From the IMG/VR virus record IMGVR_UViG_3300020381_000025, positions 1-35,502 of that record: a stretch of 35,502 bases of DNA; one strand, written 5' to 3'. Positions 27,534 to 35,188 of this stretch are shown here, piece by piece. The first letter of the stretch is position 1; each line of letters starts with the position of its first letter. Source of the DNA: a virus. Its lineage: Duplodnaviria; Caudoviricetes. The translations under genes and the position numbers were made by a program. The notes under the pieces are model-generated. The model searched no databases and was not told the DNA's origin. It was given only the letters and a program-made list of their open reading frames with translations.

Positions 27534-27617
27534 TAGATTTTATTAGATTTATTTTTATTTGTGTTAGGGGAGACCATCTGCCCGACTCTTTCGAGTTGCA
27601 TCTTAGGTCAAAAAAGA

Positions 27618-27784
27618 GGGAGGTTGGATTCCTGTGTACCAACAAAAAACGGGCATTACTACAGAGTAAATACGTTTTTGCCTGAGACCCGACTGGTAAG
27701 TCGATTCTGACTCGCATCAGCAGCACCACCTGTGTCTCATCACCTTAACCAGCACTATGCCAGTAAGTTTATTCAGTCACTCCC
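27618..27784 (-). ncRNA. Structured ncRNA resembling the manA RNA motif
   Basis: About 167 nt closed by GGGAG/CUCCC and followed by a U tract. Internal helices include GAGAC/GUCUC, CGAC/GUCG and GUUGG/CCAAC. The segments GAAUAAACUUACUGGC, GGUUAAGGUGAUGAGACACAGGUGGUGCUGCU and GGGUCUCAGGC match my recollection of manA RNA. Needs Rfam confirmation. Confidence 0.75.
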
Positions 27785-27807
27785 AACGTAAGCGTCCTTA
27801 CATTATT

Positions 27808-27836
27808 AATATAACACACTACTATTTAGTTGTCAA
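27808..27836 (-). promoter_or_regulatory. Nested early (TTGACA-N17-TATATT) and late (CTAAATA) promoters for the ncRNA/gp32 unit
   Basis: -35 at 27831-27836, -10 at 27808-27813, late core at 27823-27829. Confidence 0.75.
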
Positions 27837-28176
27837 GCGTCTCTTTTAACTTACGAATTGTACCCTTCATATTTTCAAACATCTGTTCTACAGTTGTACC
27901 TCTTGTCATGCCCATCTTTCTTAAAGACTCTCTCATATTCTCTGCAACCATCAAGGCATCCTCATCTCCTGAGAGTTTACATCTGACATACATTAACTGT
28001 TGTTTCTCTAATAATTCTTCAACCAAATCGAGTTGTTCACGTTCTTCCTCCTCATCTTCATAACCAAGACCAGCAGAAAATGCAGACTCTAATATACCAT
28101 CGGTAATAATATCTTGAAGATTTTTAATATCTTCTAGACTTTCTTTTACCATATCTGATTCAAAAAAATCGTTCAT
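27826..28176 (-). CDS. Conserved cyanophage/cyanobacterial hypothetical protein (DUF1825-like)
   Basis: FFESDMV...LLEKQQLMYVRCKLSGD..A motif, in its usual position between gp59 and gp32. Confidence 0.7.
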   Translation of the reverse strand: MNDFFESDMVKESLEDIKNLQDIITDGILESAFSAGLGYEDEEEEREQLDLVEELLEKQQLMYVRCKLSGDEDALMVAENMRESLRKMGMTRGTTVEQMFENMKGTIRKLKETLDN

Positions 28177-28772
28177 TTAACAACTATCTCCTTGAGGGTT
28201 TGTTTATATTTTTTAAGGTTAATATTATTTAACAAGAATGGTTTGTACTTGTCAAGCTTTAGACTAACGGTTTTCCACACAAAATCATCAAGTTTTGAAT
28301 CAAAATCTTTTTTATATCCCAACAACCCTTCGAGTATCACTAACGTTTCGACTGTGATATTCCTCTTTAGATGCTCCTTTATAATTATTGGATGTCTTCC
28401 ATTCATACATTCAAATAAAGAATTAAATTCATTATCATCACAAAGGTTTGTCATCTCCTGTTTAAAAAGATAGTTCATACTCTGTATCTTTTTAAGCCAG
28501 TCGTTATATTTATTCTCACCAGTTTCTATAATCTCTCCAATCCACATCTTCTGTGGATCATCGCACTGTGAGAAAATTGCAGTGAAGTAATCTACAATAT
28601 CTTCGTCTTTCTTCTGACGAGACATCTTTTCAAAAAAATATTTATCCTTTCTCTTATTAAATGATGTGGTGGTTGCATTTGTTTTGCCACCATATTTAAA
28701 ATAATCAAAGTTATCTTTCGTAAAATGGTTTTTGAATGCTAAGTATGTTCTGTAGCAATCAAAACCAGTCAT
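28173..28772 (-). CDS. gp59: Helicase loader gp59
   Basis: MTGFDCYRTYLAFKNHFT...DYFKYGGK....SFNKRKDKYFFEK, HPII, ETLVIL, KYKPFL. Start moved to ATG 28772. Confidence 0.9.
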   Translation of the reverse strand: MTGFDCYRTYLAFKNHFTKDNFDYFKYGGKTNATTTSFNKRKDKYFFEKMSRQKKDEDIVDYFTAIFSQCDDPQKMWIGEIIETGENKYNDWLKKIQSMNYLFKQEMTNLCDDNEFNSLFECMNGRHPIIIKEHLKRNITVETLVILEGLLGYKKDFDSKLDDFVWKTVSLKLDKYKPFLLNNINLKKYKQTLKEIVVK

Positions 28773-29020
28773 AAGGGCAGTTTTGCTCTTGAGGTACGTT
28801 TTAGAAAGTTGAGTTCTGTGGCTTCCCATTTCAACTTCTCCTTAAGAGGTTTTGAAATGAGTTTCGGAACTGATTCAACATCAATTGCATTTTTTTCACA
28901 ATAATCTACTATAGCATCAATATAACCTAAATTGTCATCTTTGACAATAGCCTCTATGTCCTGTGCAAACTGTGCTGAACAGAGAAACTTTTCTTTAAGT
29001 GCTTTGTCAATGCTACCCAT
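28769..29020 (-). CDS. gp33: Late promoter transcription co-activator gp33
   Basis: FAQDIE..V....YIDAIVDYCE...IDVESVPKLISKPLKEKLK.EA.ELNFLK. Start likely ATG 29020. Confidence 0.9.
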   Translation of the reverse strand: MGSIDKALKEKFLCSAQFAQDIEAIVKDDNLGYIDAIVDYCEKNAIDVESVPKLISKPLKEKLKWEATELNFLKRTSRAKLPL

Positions 29021-29687
29021 TAGCCACCATTCGGTTTTTGATAAATTCTTTAACATATTTCACCAATAATTTAATGTAATCACCTTTGTTTCTTTTATCA
29101 TAAACCTTAATCTCACCGTTAGGTGTGACCATGATTGTGATAAGTTTTTGGATAGGAATTCCAGTCAGTTCATAATACATGCAGGCATATGCAACCTCTT
29201 GAACAAAGTATTGTTCAATCCATTTTTCTGGTTTAATTTTTTTCGAGGTCTTAAAATCAATAACAGCGAGTTCGCCTTCGTATTCGGCGATACAATCGAC
29301 TCTTCCTGCCAGACCAAGGTATTCAGAATAAAGTGTGCGTTCTATTGCGTGTATCTTACCAATCTTATCAAGACTAGACTTCGCACTGTGAAACATGAAC
29401 TGAGTCAGTGGTTGGTAATCATCCCAAACTAACTCTTTATTTTCAAGATAGGCCTGTGCAGCCTCATGAAAGTCTGTACCACGGCGAGTTGCCTCTTTTG
29501 TGACACGATCTGCTTCTTCATTTCCGACTCTCTGTCTCCATTTACGAAACACCTCTCGATTATAAAAACTAGTTACTGAGGTGATAGAAGGAACCCAATC
29601 TTCATTAGGTAACTTATATAGGCGGAGTCCGTCAGTCTGTTTTGCCTCTAGTTCTAACTCACCTAAATGATTTTCAATTACGAACAT
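29013..29687 (-). CDS. PD-(D/E)xK family exonuclease
   Basis: PSITSV, RGTDFH, AGRVDCIAEY...VIDFKTS, YFVQ..AYA.M. Confidence 0.9.
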   Translation of the reverse strand: MFVIENHLGELELEAKQTDGLRLYKLPNEDWVPSITSVTSFYNREVFRKWRQRVGNEEADRVTKEATRRGTDFHEAAQAYLENKELVWDDYQPLTQFMFHSAKSSLDKIGKIHAIERTLYSEYLGLAGRVDCIAEYEGELAVIDFKTSKKIKPEKWIEQYFVQEVAYACMYYELTGIPIQKLITIMVTPNGEIKVYDKRNKGDYIKLLVKYVKEFIKNRMVANG

Positions 29688-30436
29688 TACATACCCATAG
29701 CCATTTTTTTAACAAGATAATCTCTCACAAGTCCAGAACGAACAATATCATTGACATCAAATTCAATCATTGCAAATAGTTCAGGCATTTGTTCGATAAT
29801 CTTCATGAAGTCAAGAATACCATTCTTCTCATTGGTTTTTTGTAAGTCTGTTTGACTTGCATCACCACAGAAAATGATTTTAGCATCCTCTCCTACTCTT
29901 GTTATTATACTATCTAATTCATGAAAATTCAAGTTCTGTGATTCATCAACTAACACAATTGCTTGATCGATTGTTGTTCCACGAATGAATGATGTACTCC
30001 AGAATTTAATTGTGTCCTGTTGTTTTAAATTACCATATAACATTTCAAAGTCTGCATCAGATGGCATCTGAAACATATACTTAACCATGTTTTTGTATGG
30101 TATCTGATACAAGAAAGACTTGTCTTCATGATCGCCAGGCAAAAATCCAATCTCTCTTGTAGAGACTAGAGACCTTACAATATAAAGTTGATTATAAGGT
30201 GTGTGTTGATCCATTATATCTTTCAGTGCAAGATATAATGCAACGAAAGTTTTACCTGTTCCAGCAGCACCATAAGCAAAAATGTTTTTACCCTCTTTAT
30301 AATTGTCAAAGAGAATCTTTTGGTTGTCTGTAATCGGTTCGATCTTGTTTAAAAGATCGGCGTTGATTGGTCTTTTTCTTTTCATCTGTTTAGCCGTCAT
30401 TCCTACACCGATAGGAGAATCTTTTTTTCTTGCCAT
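29687..30436 (-). CDS. phoH: PhoH family ATPase
   Basis: Walker A GAAGTGKT, REIGFLPG, TSFIRG, VDESQN, CGDASQTDL, DIVRSGLV. Confidence 0.95.
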   Translation of the reverse strand: MARKKDSPIGVGMTAKQMKRKRPINADLLNKIEPITDNQKILFDNYKEGKNIFAYGAAGTGKTFVALYLALKDIMDQHTPYNQLYIVRSLVSTREIGFLPGDHEDKSFLYQIPYKNMVKYMFQMPSDADFEMLYGNLKQQDTIKFWSTSFIRGTTIDQAIVLVDESQNLNFHELDSIITRVGEDAKIIFCGDASQTDLQKTNEKNGILDFMKIIEQMPELFAMIEFDVNDIVRSGLVRDYLVKKMAMGM

Positions 30437-30684
30437 TACTTGTTGATTTTAGAAACTCTAGAGCCAGGGGATTTGGATGCTTTGTGGAGAACATCATTCC
30501 AACTCGGATTACGAGTGATCAGTTTGTCTCTCCATTCACCGACCTCTCCGAGACCAGCAACTCCAGCATTCCAATCTTTATCCCAATCAGGATTTTCCTT
30601 TCTCCATTCATCATACTTAATCATACTCATGGATAATTCTTTTTTCTCACCAGTTTCTTTGTTAATAACAGGGTATGTTGGCAT
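30436..30684 (-). CDS. Conserved hypothetical protein upstream of phoH (FmdB-like N-terminus without Cys)
   Basis: MPTYPVINKETGE...W..ENPDW...WNDVL.K..K.PGS. CTAAATA at 30706-30712. Confidence 0.75.
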   Translation of the reverse strand: MPTYPVINKETGEKKELSMSMIKYDEWRKENPDWDKDWNAGVAGLGEVGEWRDKLITRNPSWNDVLHKASKSPGSRVSKINK

Positions 30685-30713
30685 AAGTTTTACGTTTTGT
30701 AATATTATTTAGA

Positions 30714-30935
30714 TTAACTCTTAGAAAAAGCTTTCTCTACATATGATCTAAGATAATCTTGAAAGCCTTGTTCGATTCCACCTACGTTGTTATGTTCATC
30801 GCACCAGATGGTTGCAAACTCATATACGGCTCTTGTGTGTTCTTCTAAGTGGTGGGTAAGGCATCGAAAACAAGCTGCTCTTAGTAACAACTTCTCTTCT
30901 GAGTAACGGGGATCATCACTGTCACCCGTCATCAT
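30714..30935 (-). CDS. Hypothetical protein (about 73 aa)
   Basis: Fills the gap. Start moved to ATG 30935/30932 to avoid a long overlap with the upstream ORF. Confidence 0.6.
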   Translation of the reverse strand: MMTGDSDDPRYSEEKLLLRAACFRCLTHHLEEHTRAVYEFATIWCDEHNNVGGIEQGFQDYLRSYVEKAFSKS

Positions 30936-31092
30936 CCTCAAAGATCTCATCATAGTCCGTAATGTGATTGACAATCTCCTCGTAATTTAAACGAGGAGCA
31001 TATGACTCTGTGTCAGAGTATATTTCACATTCTAACGCATTTACAACATTTTTCAAGTCCTTTATCATAACCTTTAACTTTTCTTTATCCAT
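30922..31092 (-). CDS. Conserved small acidic cyanophage protein (56 aa)
   Basis: Not in the ORF track. Reads MDKEKLKVMIKDLKNVVNALECEIYSDTESY...DYDEIFEDDDG, TAATG-coupled to the upstream gene. Confidence 0.75.
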   Translation of the reverse strand: MDKEKLKVMIKDLKNVVNALECEIYSDTESYAPRLNYEEIVNHITDYDEIFEDDDG

Positions 31093-31367
31093 TAGAGTGG
31101 CCTCCCATGTTTATCGACTAGTCCCATCCTCTTTACTTGAGATAGATTTGATTTTTCTTTCTTCTTTAACTTCTTATATTGCTTCATAATCTTATCGATT
31201 TCAGCATTAGATATTTTTACTTTGAGTTCTTTTGCTTCTTCTGAAGTGACAAAACCCAGTCCTTGATTTTTTTCTTTGTCTTGTTTCTCTTCCAAATAGT
31301 CGTTGATTCCATTCTGAATCTCACCCTCAATAATGTCATTAATTTGATTCCGAATTTGATCACTCAT
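31092..31367 (-). CDS. Hypothetical protein (91 aa)
   Basis: Coupled stop/start overlaps on both sides, basic C-terminal helix. Confidence 0.7.
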   Translation of the reverse strand: MSDQIRNQINDIIEGEIQNGINDYLEEKQDKEKNQGLGFVTSEEAKELKVKISNAEIDKIMKQYKKLKKKEKSNLSQVKRMGLVDKHGRPL

Positions 31368-31726
31368 TATCCTCTCCTCACTCTCTTCTTAGGTTTATTT
31401 GGTGTTGTTACTGCACCCCATGTTTTTGGACTTACAATTCCAGGCCCATATTCAATACTGACAATTGAACCAGCACCAAATTTATCAAAATACATGTCAA
31501 AGATATTAACCTTTGCATGACAACGAACAAGATCTTTACGAACTCCATCGTCAATTTCATAAGTCACAATGTATGCATCAGAAGGCCAACTCTTATCACT
31601 GAGTTCTTCCTGATTACAGTTCTCTTTAAGAAGATTTGTTGAATACTTACTATTCATATCTTCTTTTTCTTTTGGTGTCCAATAAGCTTCAGACATCACT
31701 TCATCTCTGGTTTTTGTTTTCGCCAT
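31367..31726 (-). CDS. Conserved cyanophage hypothetical protein
   Basis: DKSWPSDAYIVTY...DLVR....VNIFDMYFDKFG....P..WG. ATG 31726 has a GAGG RBS. Confidence 0.7.
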   Translation of the reverse strand: MAKTKTRDEVMSEAYWTPKEKEDMNSKYSTNLLKENCNQEELSDKSWPSDAYIVTYEIDDGVRKDLVRCHAKVNIFDMYFDKFGAGSIVSIEYGPGIVSPKTWGAVTTPNKPKKRVRRG

Positions 31727-31727
31727 G

Positions 31728-32204
31728 TTAACCTCGATTACCCCATTGTATATCGGGAAATGCTTCTTCAACGATTGCACGAGTCAACTTATATTTCTTC
31801 TTAAGATTTTTATCTTTAACTAAACAGATAATCTCTGCTTCGTCAGGATGTAATCCCTCTAGAAGTTGCATAAAGAGTTGTTCTCTTTTGATAGGTCGAA
31901 GAACATCGTTGCCTCCCTTAACAAAATTATACAACTTTTTCCATTCATATGCAAGGTGTAAATGTTCGGTTCCAGCAGGCGCCTCGTTTTTATTGAATGG
32001 AACATCACCATCTGGAAGCAGCGACTTCACAGATTCATCAAAATTCCAAATCAAAACAGATTTAAGATGTAAGGATTCATACTGTTTAAGTGTTTGAATC
32101 TTCTTCGCTTTTGTTTTTTGTTTTGATACTAATGCCAACACCTCACTCAAAAGAGGATTTCTTGGCAATCTAGCTTCTCCCAATGTGGGGTGTGTCGTAG
32201 TCAT
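31728..32204 (-). CDS. Conserved T4-like phage hypothetical protein (158 aa)
   Basis: LIWNFDESV...LPDGDVP, KLYNFVKGGN, KREQLFMQLLEGLHPDEAE, VEEAFP. Confidence 0.8.
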   Translation of the reverse strand: MTTTHPTLGEARLPRNPLLSEVLALVSKQKTKAKKIQTLKQYESLHLKSVLIWNFDESVKSLLPDGDVPFNKNEAPAGTEHLHLAYEWKKLYNFVKGGNDVLRPIKREQLFMQLLEGLHPDEAEIICLVKDKNLKKKYKLTRAIVEEAFPDIQWGNRG

Positions 32205-32422
32205 AATTCTTCTTCAGTTTCGTTATCGAAATTTAAATTTTCAAATCGAAAGGCAATGATTTCATCTGGAATAACATTACCTTTAAGGTCATACATCTCA
32301 GGATGCATCTCAGAGATATCATTTCTTTGTTTGTGTTCTTTGTATAACCATCCTATTATACCACCAACAAAGAGAAAAAGCACCGATATAAGGGTGCCTA
32401 GAGTTAGAGCGAGTGTTAACAC
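32201..32422 (-). CDS. Small membrane-anchored conserved cyanophage protein
   Basis: One TM helix followed by HPEMYD..GNVIPDEIIAFRFEN. GTG 32422 has a GAGG RBS and a CTAAATA promoter at 32443-32449. Confidence 0.7.
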   Translation of the reverse strand: MLTLALTLGTLISVLFLFVGGIIGWLYKEHKQRNDISEMHPEMYDLKGNVIPDEIIAFRFENLNFDNETEEEL

Positions 32423-32441
32423 ATTACCTCTTGTACTTGAT

Positions 32442-32792
32442 TTATTTAGTTTTAGTTTTACGTCTCCCTCTTCTTCTTTCCTTTTCATATCTCTGTGCGT
32501 CTTCTAAGATCACAGTAAAGTAATCTCTAATCTTTCTTGCGTTTGGTTTACCAAGATGACCATATGCTTCTCTAAGCAATTGATGTTCACTATCTTTTCC
32601 ACCTTTGATGTATCCATTCAAATCATCAATGAAATCAGTCAACTCTTTTGCAGTCGAACTTTGAATGAATTCTTTTGCTCCAGTTCCTGTTGTTTTACAG
32701 GACTTCATAAAATCATAATAATGCAAGTGAAACTTTTGTTCTTCAAATGCAATATCAATTGCTTTATCTACGATTGTGTAAATGTCTTCCAT
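32442..32792 (-). CDS. Conserved cyanophage hypothetical protein (116 aa)
   Basis: VDKAID.AF, FIQSSTA, YIKGG...LREAYGHL.KP.ARKIR. Confidence 0.75.
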   Translation of the reverse strand: MEDIYTIVDKAIDIAFEEQKFHLHYYDFMKSCKTTGTGAKEFIQSSTAKELTDFIDDLNGYIKGGKDSEHQLLREAYGHLGKPNARKIRDYFTVILEDAQRYEKERRRGRRKTKTK

Positions 32793-33028
32793 TAAACTAA
32801 GTTCTTTTCTTCAAGGTATTTGAAGGTGTCTAAACATCCTCCAAGTAATTTGTCATCCGCAAGTATTCTTGGGAATGATGATCCATAACCAAACTCTGAT
32901 ATGAACTGATCTTTTGTAAAGTCTATACCAAGTTTGTAAACTCTATAATCCACCTTCGCTAATTCTAAAAGTTTCTTTGCTTTTTCGCAATAGGAACATC
33001 CTTCCTTTGAATAAATCGTAAACTTCAT
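32792..33028 (-). CDS. nrdC: Glutaredoxin (NrdC-like)
   Basis: YSKEGCSYC (CxxC), SFPRI cis-Pro, LGGC. Confidence 0.9.
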   Translation of the reverse strand: MKFTIYSKEGCSYCEKAKKLLELAKVDYRVYKLGIDFTKDQFISEFGYGSSFPRILADDKLLGGCLDTFKYLEEKNLV

Positions 33029-33700
33029 TTAGATTTTAAGTGCGTTGACTGTCTCCCAATCTTTTTGGAAAAGATCTAAACCTTTGTCAGTTAGGATATG
33101 TTTGTACATCTTTTCAAAGACTGTTGGAGGCATTGTAACAATACCAGCACCGTTCTCAAAAGACTTACTGACACTTCCTACATCTCTTATAGATGCGGAT
33201 AAAATTTCCGTATCAACAAAATTATATAGTCTCGACTGTTTTTCATAGATGTCTGCAATTTGTTTAATCAAATTCAATCCATCAAATGAATTATCGTCAA
33301 CTCGACCAACGAAAGGCGAGACGTAGGCAGCGCCTGCCTTCGACGCCAAGACCGCTTGGGCAGCACTAAAGATCAATGTCACGTTTACTCTAATCTTCTC
33401 GTCTGAGAGGAATTTACAACCCCTCAGGCCTTGAGGTGTGCAAGGTACTTTAATTGTTGTGATTTCACCAAATTTTTCTTTGAGTCTACGACCTTCGGTT
33501 AAGAATTCATTAGCATCATCTGTTACAATTTCCATACTAATATCATCTACACCCATCAAGGCAAGTTCACGATATACATCCTCTGGATCTTTTCCACTCT
33601 TCTTAATTAGAGTTGGATTTGTTGTGACACCATCAATCAATCCTGTTCCATAATATTTCGATATCAGATCAACATCTGCTGTGTCAAGGAAAATTTTCAT
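33029..33700 (-). CDS. talC: Transaldolase TalC (auxiliary metabolic gene)
   Basis: MKIFLDTAD, GVTTNPTLI, TIKVP catalytic Lys, NVTLIFS, YVSPFVGRVDD, SASIR. True start at ATG 33700. Confidence 0.95.
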   Translation of the reverse strand: MKIFLDTADVDLISKYYGTGLIDGVTTNPTLIKKSGKDPEDVYRELALMGVDDISMEIVTDDANEFLTEGRRLKEKFGEITTIKVPCTPQGLRGCKFLSDEKIRVNVTLIFSAAQAVLASKAGAAYVSPFVGRVDDNSFDGLNLIKQIADIYEKQSRLYNFVDTEILSASIRDVGSVSKSFENGAGIVTMPPTVFEKMYKHILTDKGLDLFQKDWETVNALKI

Positions 33701-33734
33701 ACTCAAAATAGTATTTGTGCATTCACCATAACAC

Positions 33735-33760
33735 AAAAAAAGACCCCTGTAAAGGGGCCT
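33735..33760 (-). terminator. Rho-independent terminator downstream of psbA, overlapping a weak TTTACA-N17-TATGGT promoter for talC
   Basis: AGGCCCC-TTTACA-GGGGTCT followed by a T tract. Confidence 0.8.
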
Positions 33761-33810
33761 TGTAAGTTCCGATTGTAGAGACCGCACGAAAGAAGTCTCA
33801 AATCTATTTA

Positions 33811-34899
33811 TTAACCAATTGCAGGTGCTGTTAAAGCAACTGTTGTTGACTCTGCTGATGCAAGGTCAAGAGGGAAGTTGTGTGCATTTCTTTCATGCAT
33901 TACTTCCATACCTAAGTTTGCTCTGTTAAGAACGTCTCCCCATGTAGGTATCACTTTACCATTTACGTCTACTACAGACTGGTTGAAGTTGAAACCATTT
34001 AGGTTGAATGCCATTGTACAGATACCCATAGAGGTCAACCATACACATACAACTGGGAATACAGCAAGGAAGAAGTGTAAACTTCTTGAGTTGTTGAATG
34101 AAGCATATTGGAAAATAAGTCTTCCGAAATATCCGTGTGCTGCCACGATATTATATGTTTCTTCTTCTTGTCCAAACTTATATCCATAGTTCTGAGACTC
34201 AGTTTCTGTAGTTTCTCTGATTAGAGATGATGTAACTAAAGAACCGTGCATTGCAGAGAATAAAGATCCTCCGAACATTCCAGCAACACCAGCCATATGG
34301 AATGGGTGCATTAGAATATTGTGCTCTGCCTGGAACACGAACATGAAGTTAAATGTACCTGAGATACCTAAAGGCATACCGTCTGAGAAAGAACCCTGAC
34401 CGAAAGGATACACTAAGAATACAGCGAATGCTGCTGATACTGGTGCTGAATAAGCAACACAGATCCAAGGACGCATACCTAATCTGTATGATAGTTCCCA
34501 CTGTCTTCCCATGTATGCTGAGATACCGATGAGAAAATGGAAAATAACTAACTGATAAGGGCCACCATTATACAACCATTCATCTACGGTTGCTGCTTCC
34601 CAGATTGGGTAGAAGTGAAGTCCTATAGCGTTTGATGAAGGAACAACTGCACCAGAGATGATGTTGTTACCATACAAGAAAGAACCCGCTACTGGTTCTC
34701 TGATTCCGTCGATATCGACTGGAGGTGCTGCAATGAAAGCAACGATGAAACATGCTGCTGCTGCGAGTAGACATGGAATCATTAGAACACCAAACCAACC
34801 AACATAAATTCTGTTGTTTGTTGATGTTACCCATTCGCAAAACTCAGGCCAGCCTGCTAGGAGGCTAGTTTGTCTGCGTGAAATATTTGAGGTTGTCAT
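33811..34899 (-). CDS. psbA: Photosystem II D1 protein, intron-free, Prochlorococcus-phage type
   Basis: Full D1 sequence including [46 protein letters not shown] and [14 protein letters not shown]. Confidence 0.99.
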   Translation of the reverse strand: MTTSNISRRQTSLLAGWPEFCEWVTSTNNRIYVGWFGVLMIPCLLAAAACFIVAFIAAPPVDIDGIREPVAGSFLYGNNIISGAVVPSSNAIGLHFYPIWEAATVDEWLYNGGPYQLVIFHFLIGISAYMGRQWELSYRLGMRPWICVAYSAPVSAAFAVFLVYPFGQGSFSDGMPLGISGTFNFMFVFQAEHNILMHPFHMAGVAGMFGGSLFSAMHGSLVTSSLIRETTETESQNYGYKFGQEEETYNIVAAHGYFGRLIFQYASFNNSRSLHFFLAVFPVVCVWLTSMGICTMAFNLNGFNFNQSVVDVNGKVIPTWGDVLNRANLGMEVMHERNAHNFPLDLASAESTTVALTAPAIG

Positions 34900-34914
34900 T
34901 AGTAAGACGTTTGT

Positions 34915-35022
34915 AAGTAGGGCATCAAGGGTAGATGCGAAACTTATTTCCTGTAACCCCTCGCTACAGGATATGAAAGACGAAGTATTATACTGCCTAT
35001 AGGTCTTGGTTTGAGAGCAGTT
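34915..35022 (-). ncRNA. PhotoRC-II-like structured psbA leader RNA
   Basis: Helices ACUGC/GCAGU, UCCUGUAGC/GUUACAGGA and GCAUC/GAUGC, with potential AAGAC/GUCUU pseudoknot, directly 5' of phage psbA. Family assignment is from memory. Confidence 0.7.
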
Positions 35023-35081
35023 GTACGCAGGGTTACGATCCTTTCGAGTCCTTTGTCAGGTAATGAAAACATCACCTGTGT

Positions 35082-35115
35082 TATTTATATTAACAAAACT
35101 TTACATAAATGGCAA
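35082..35115 (-). promoter_or_regulatory. psbA promoter: sigma70-type TTGCCA-N17-TAATAT, overlapping late TATAAATA, with HLR1-like direct repeat
   Basis: -35 at 35110-35115, -10 at 35087-35092, TATAAATA at 35082-35089, TTAACAAA-ac-TTTACATA at 35090-35107 (plus strand). Confidence 0.7.
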
Positions 35116-35188
35116 GTATCATAGGATACAATACCTATTCTTAAGGATTTACTATAATAAATAAAGGCATGCTTATTGTAAAGTAACA

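Noticed and set aside
27520-27729. 69-aa ORF upstream of gp32
   Set aside because: Overlaps the structured ncRNA and gp32 leader and has no protein-like features.
27540-27810. tRNA in the gp32 upstream intergenic region
   Set aside because: No cloverleaf with a TTCGA T-loop and acceptor stem could be built.
29013-29687. Cas4-like nuclease suggesting a CRISPR-associated system
   Set aside because: Standard core exonuclease between phoH and gp33. It lacks the four-Cys Fe-S pattern and there is no array or other cas gene.
33701-33787. N-terminal extension of TalC in the ORF track
   Set aside because: Crosses the terminator; the family start MKIFLDTAD is at 33700.
33811-34899. Group I intron or homing endonuclease in or next to psbA
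   Set aside because: The reading frame is continuous and full length, with no endonuclease ORF adjacent.
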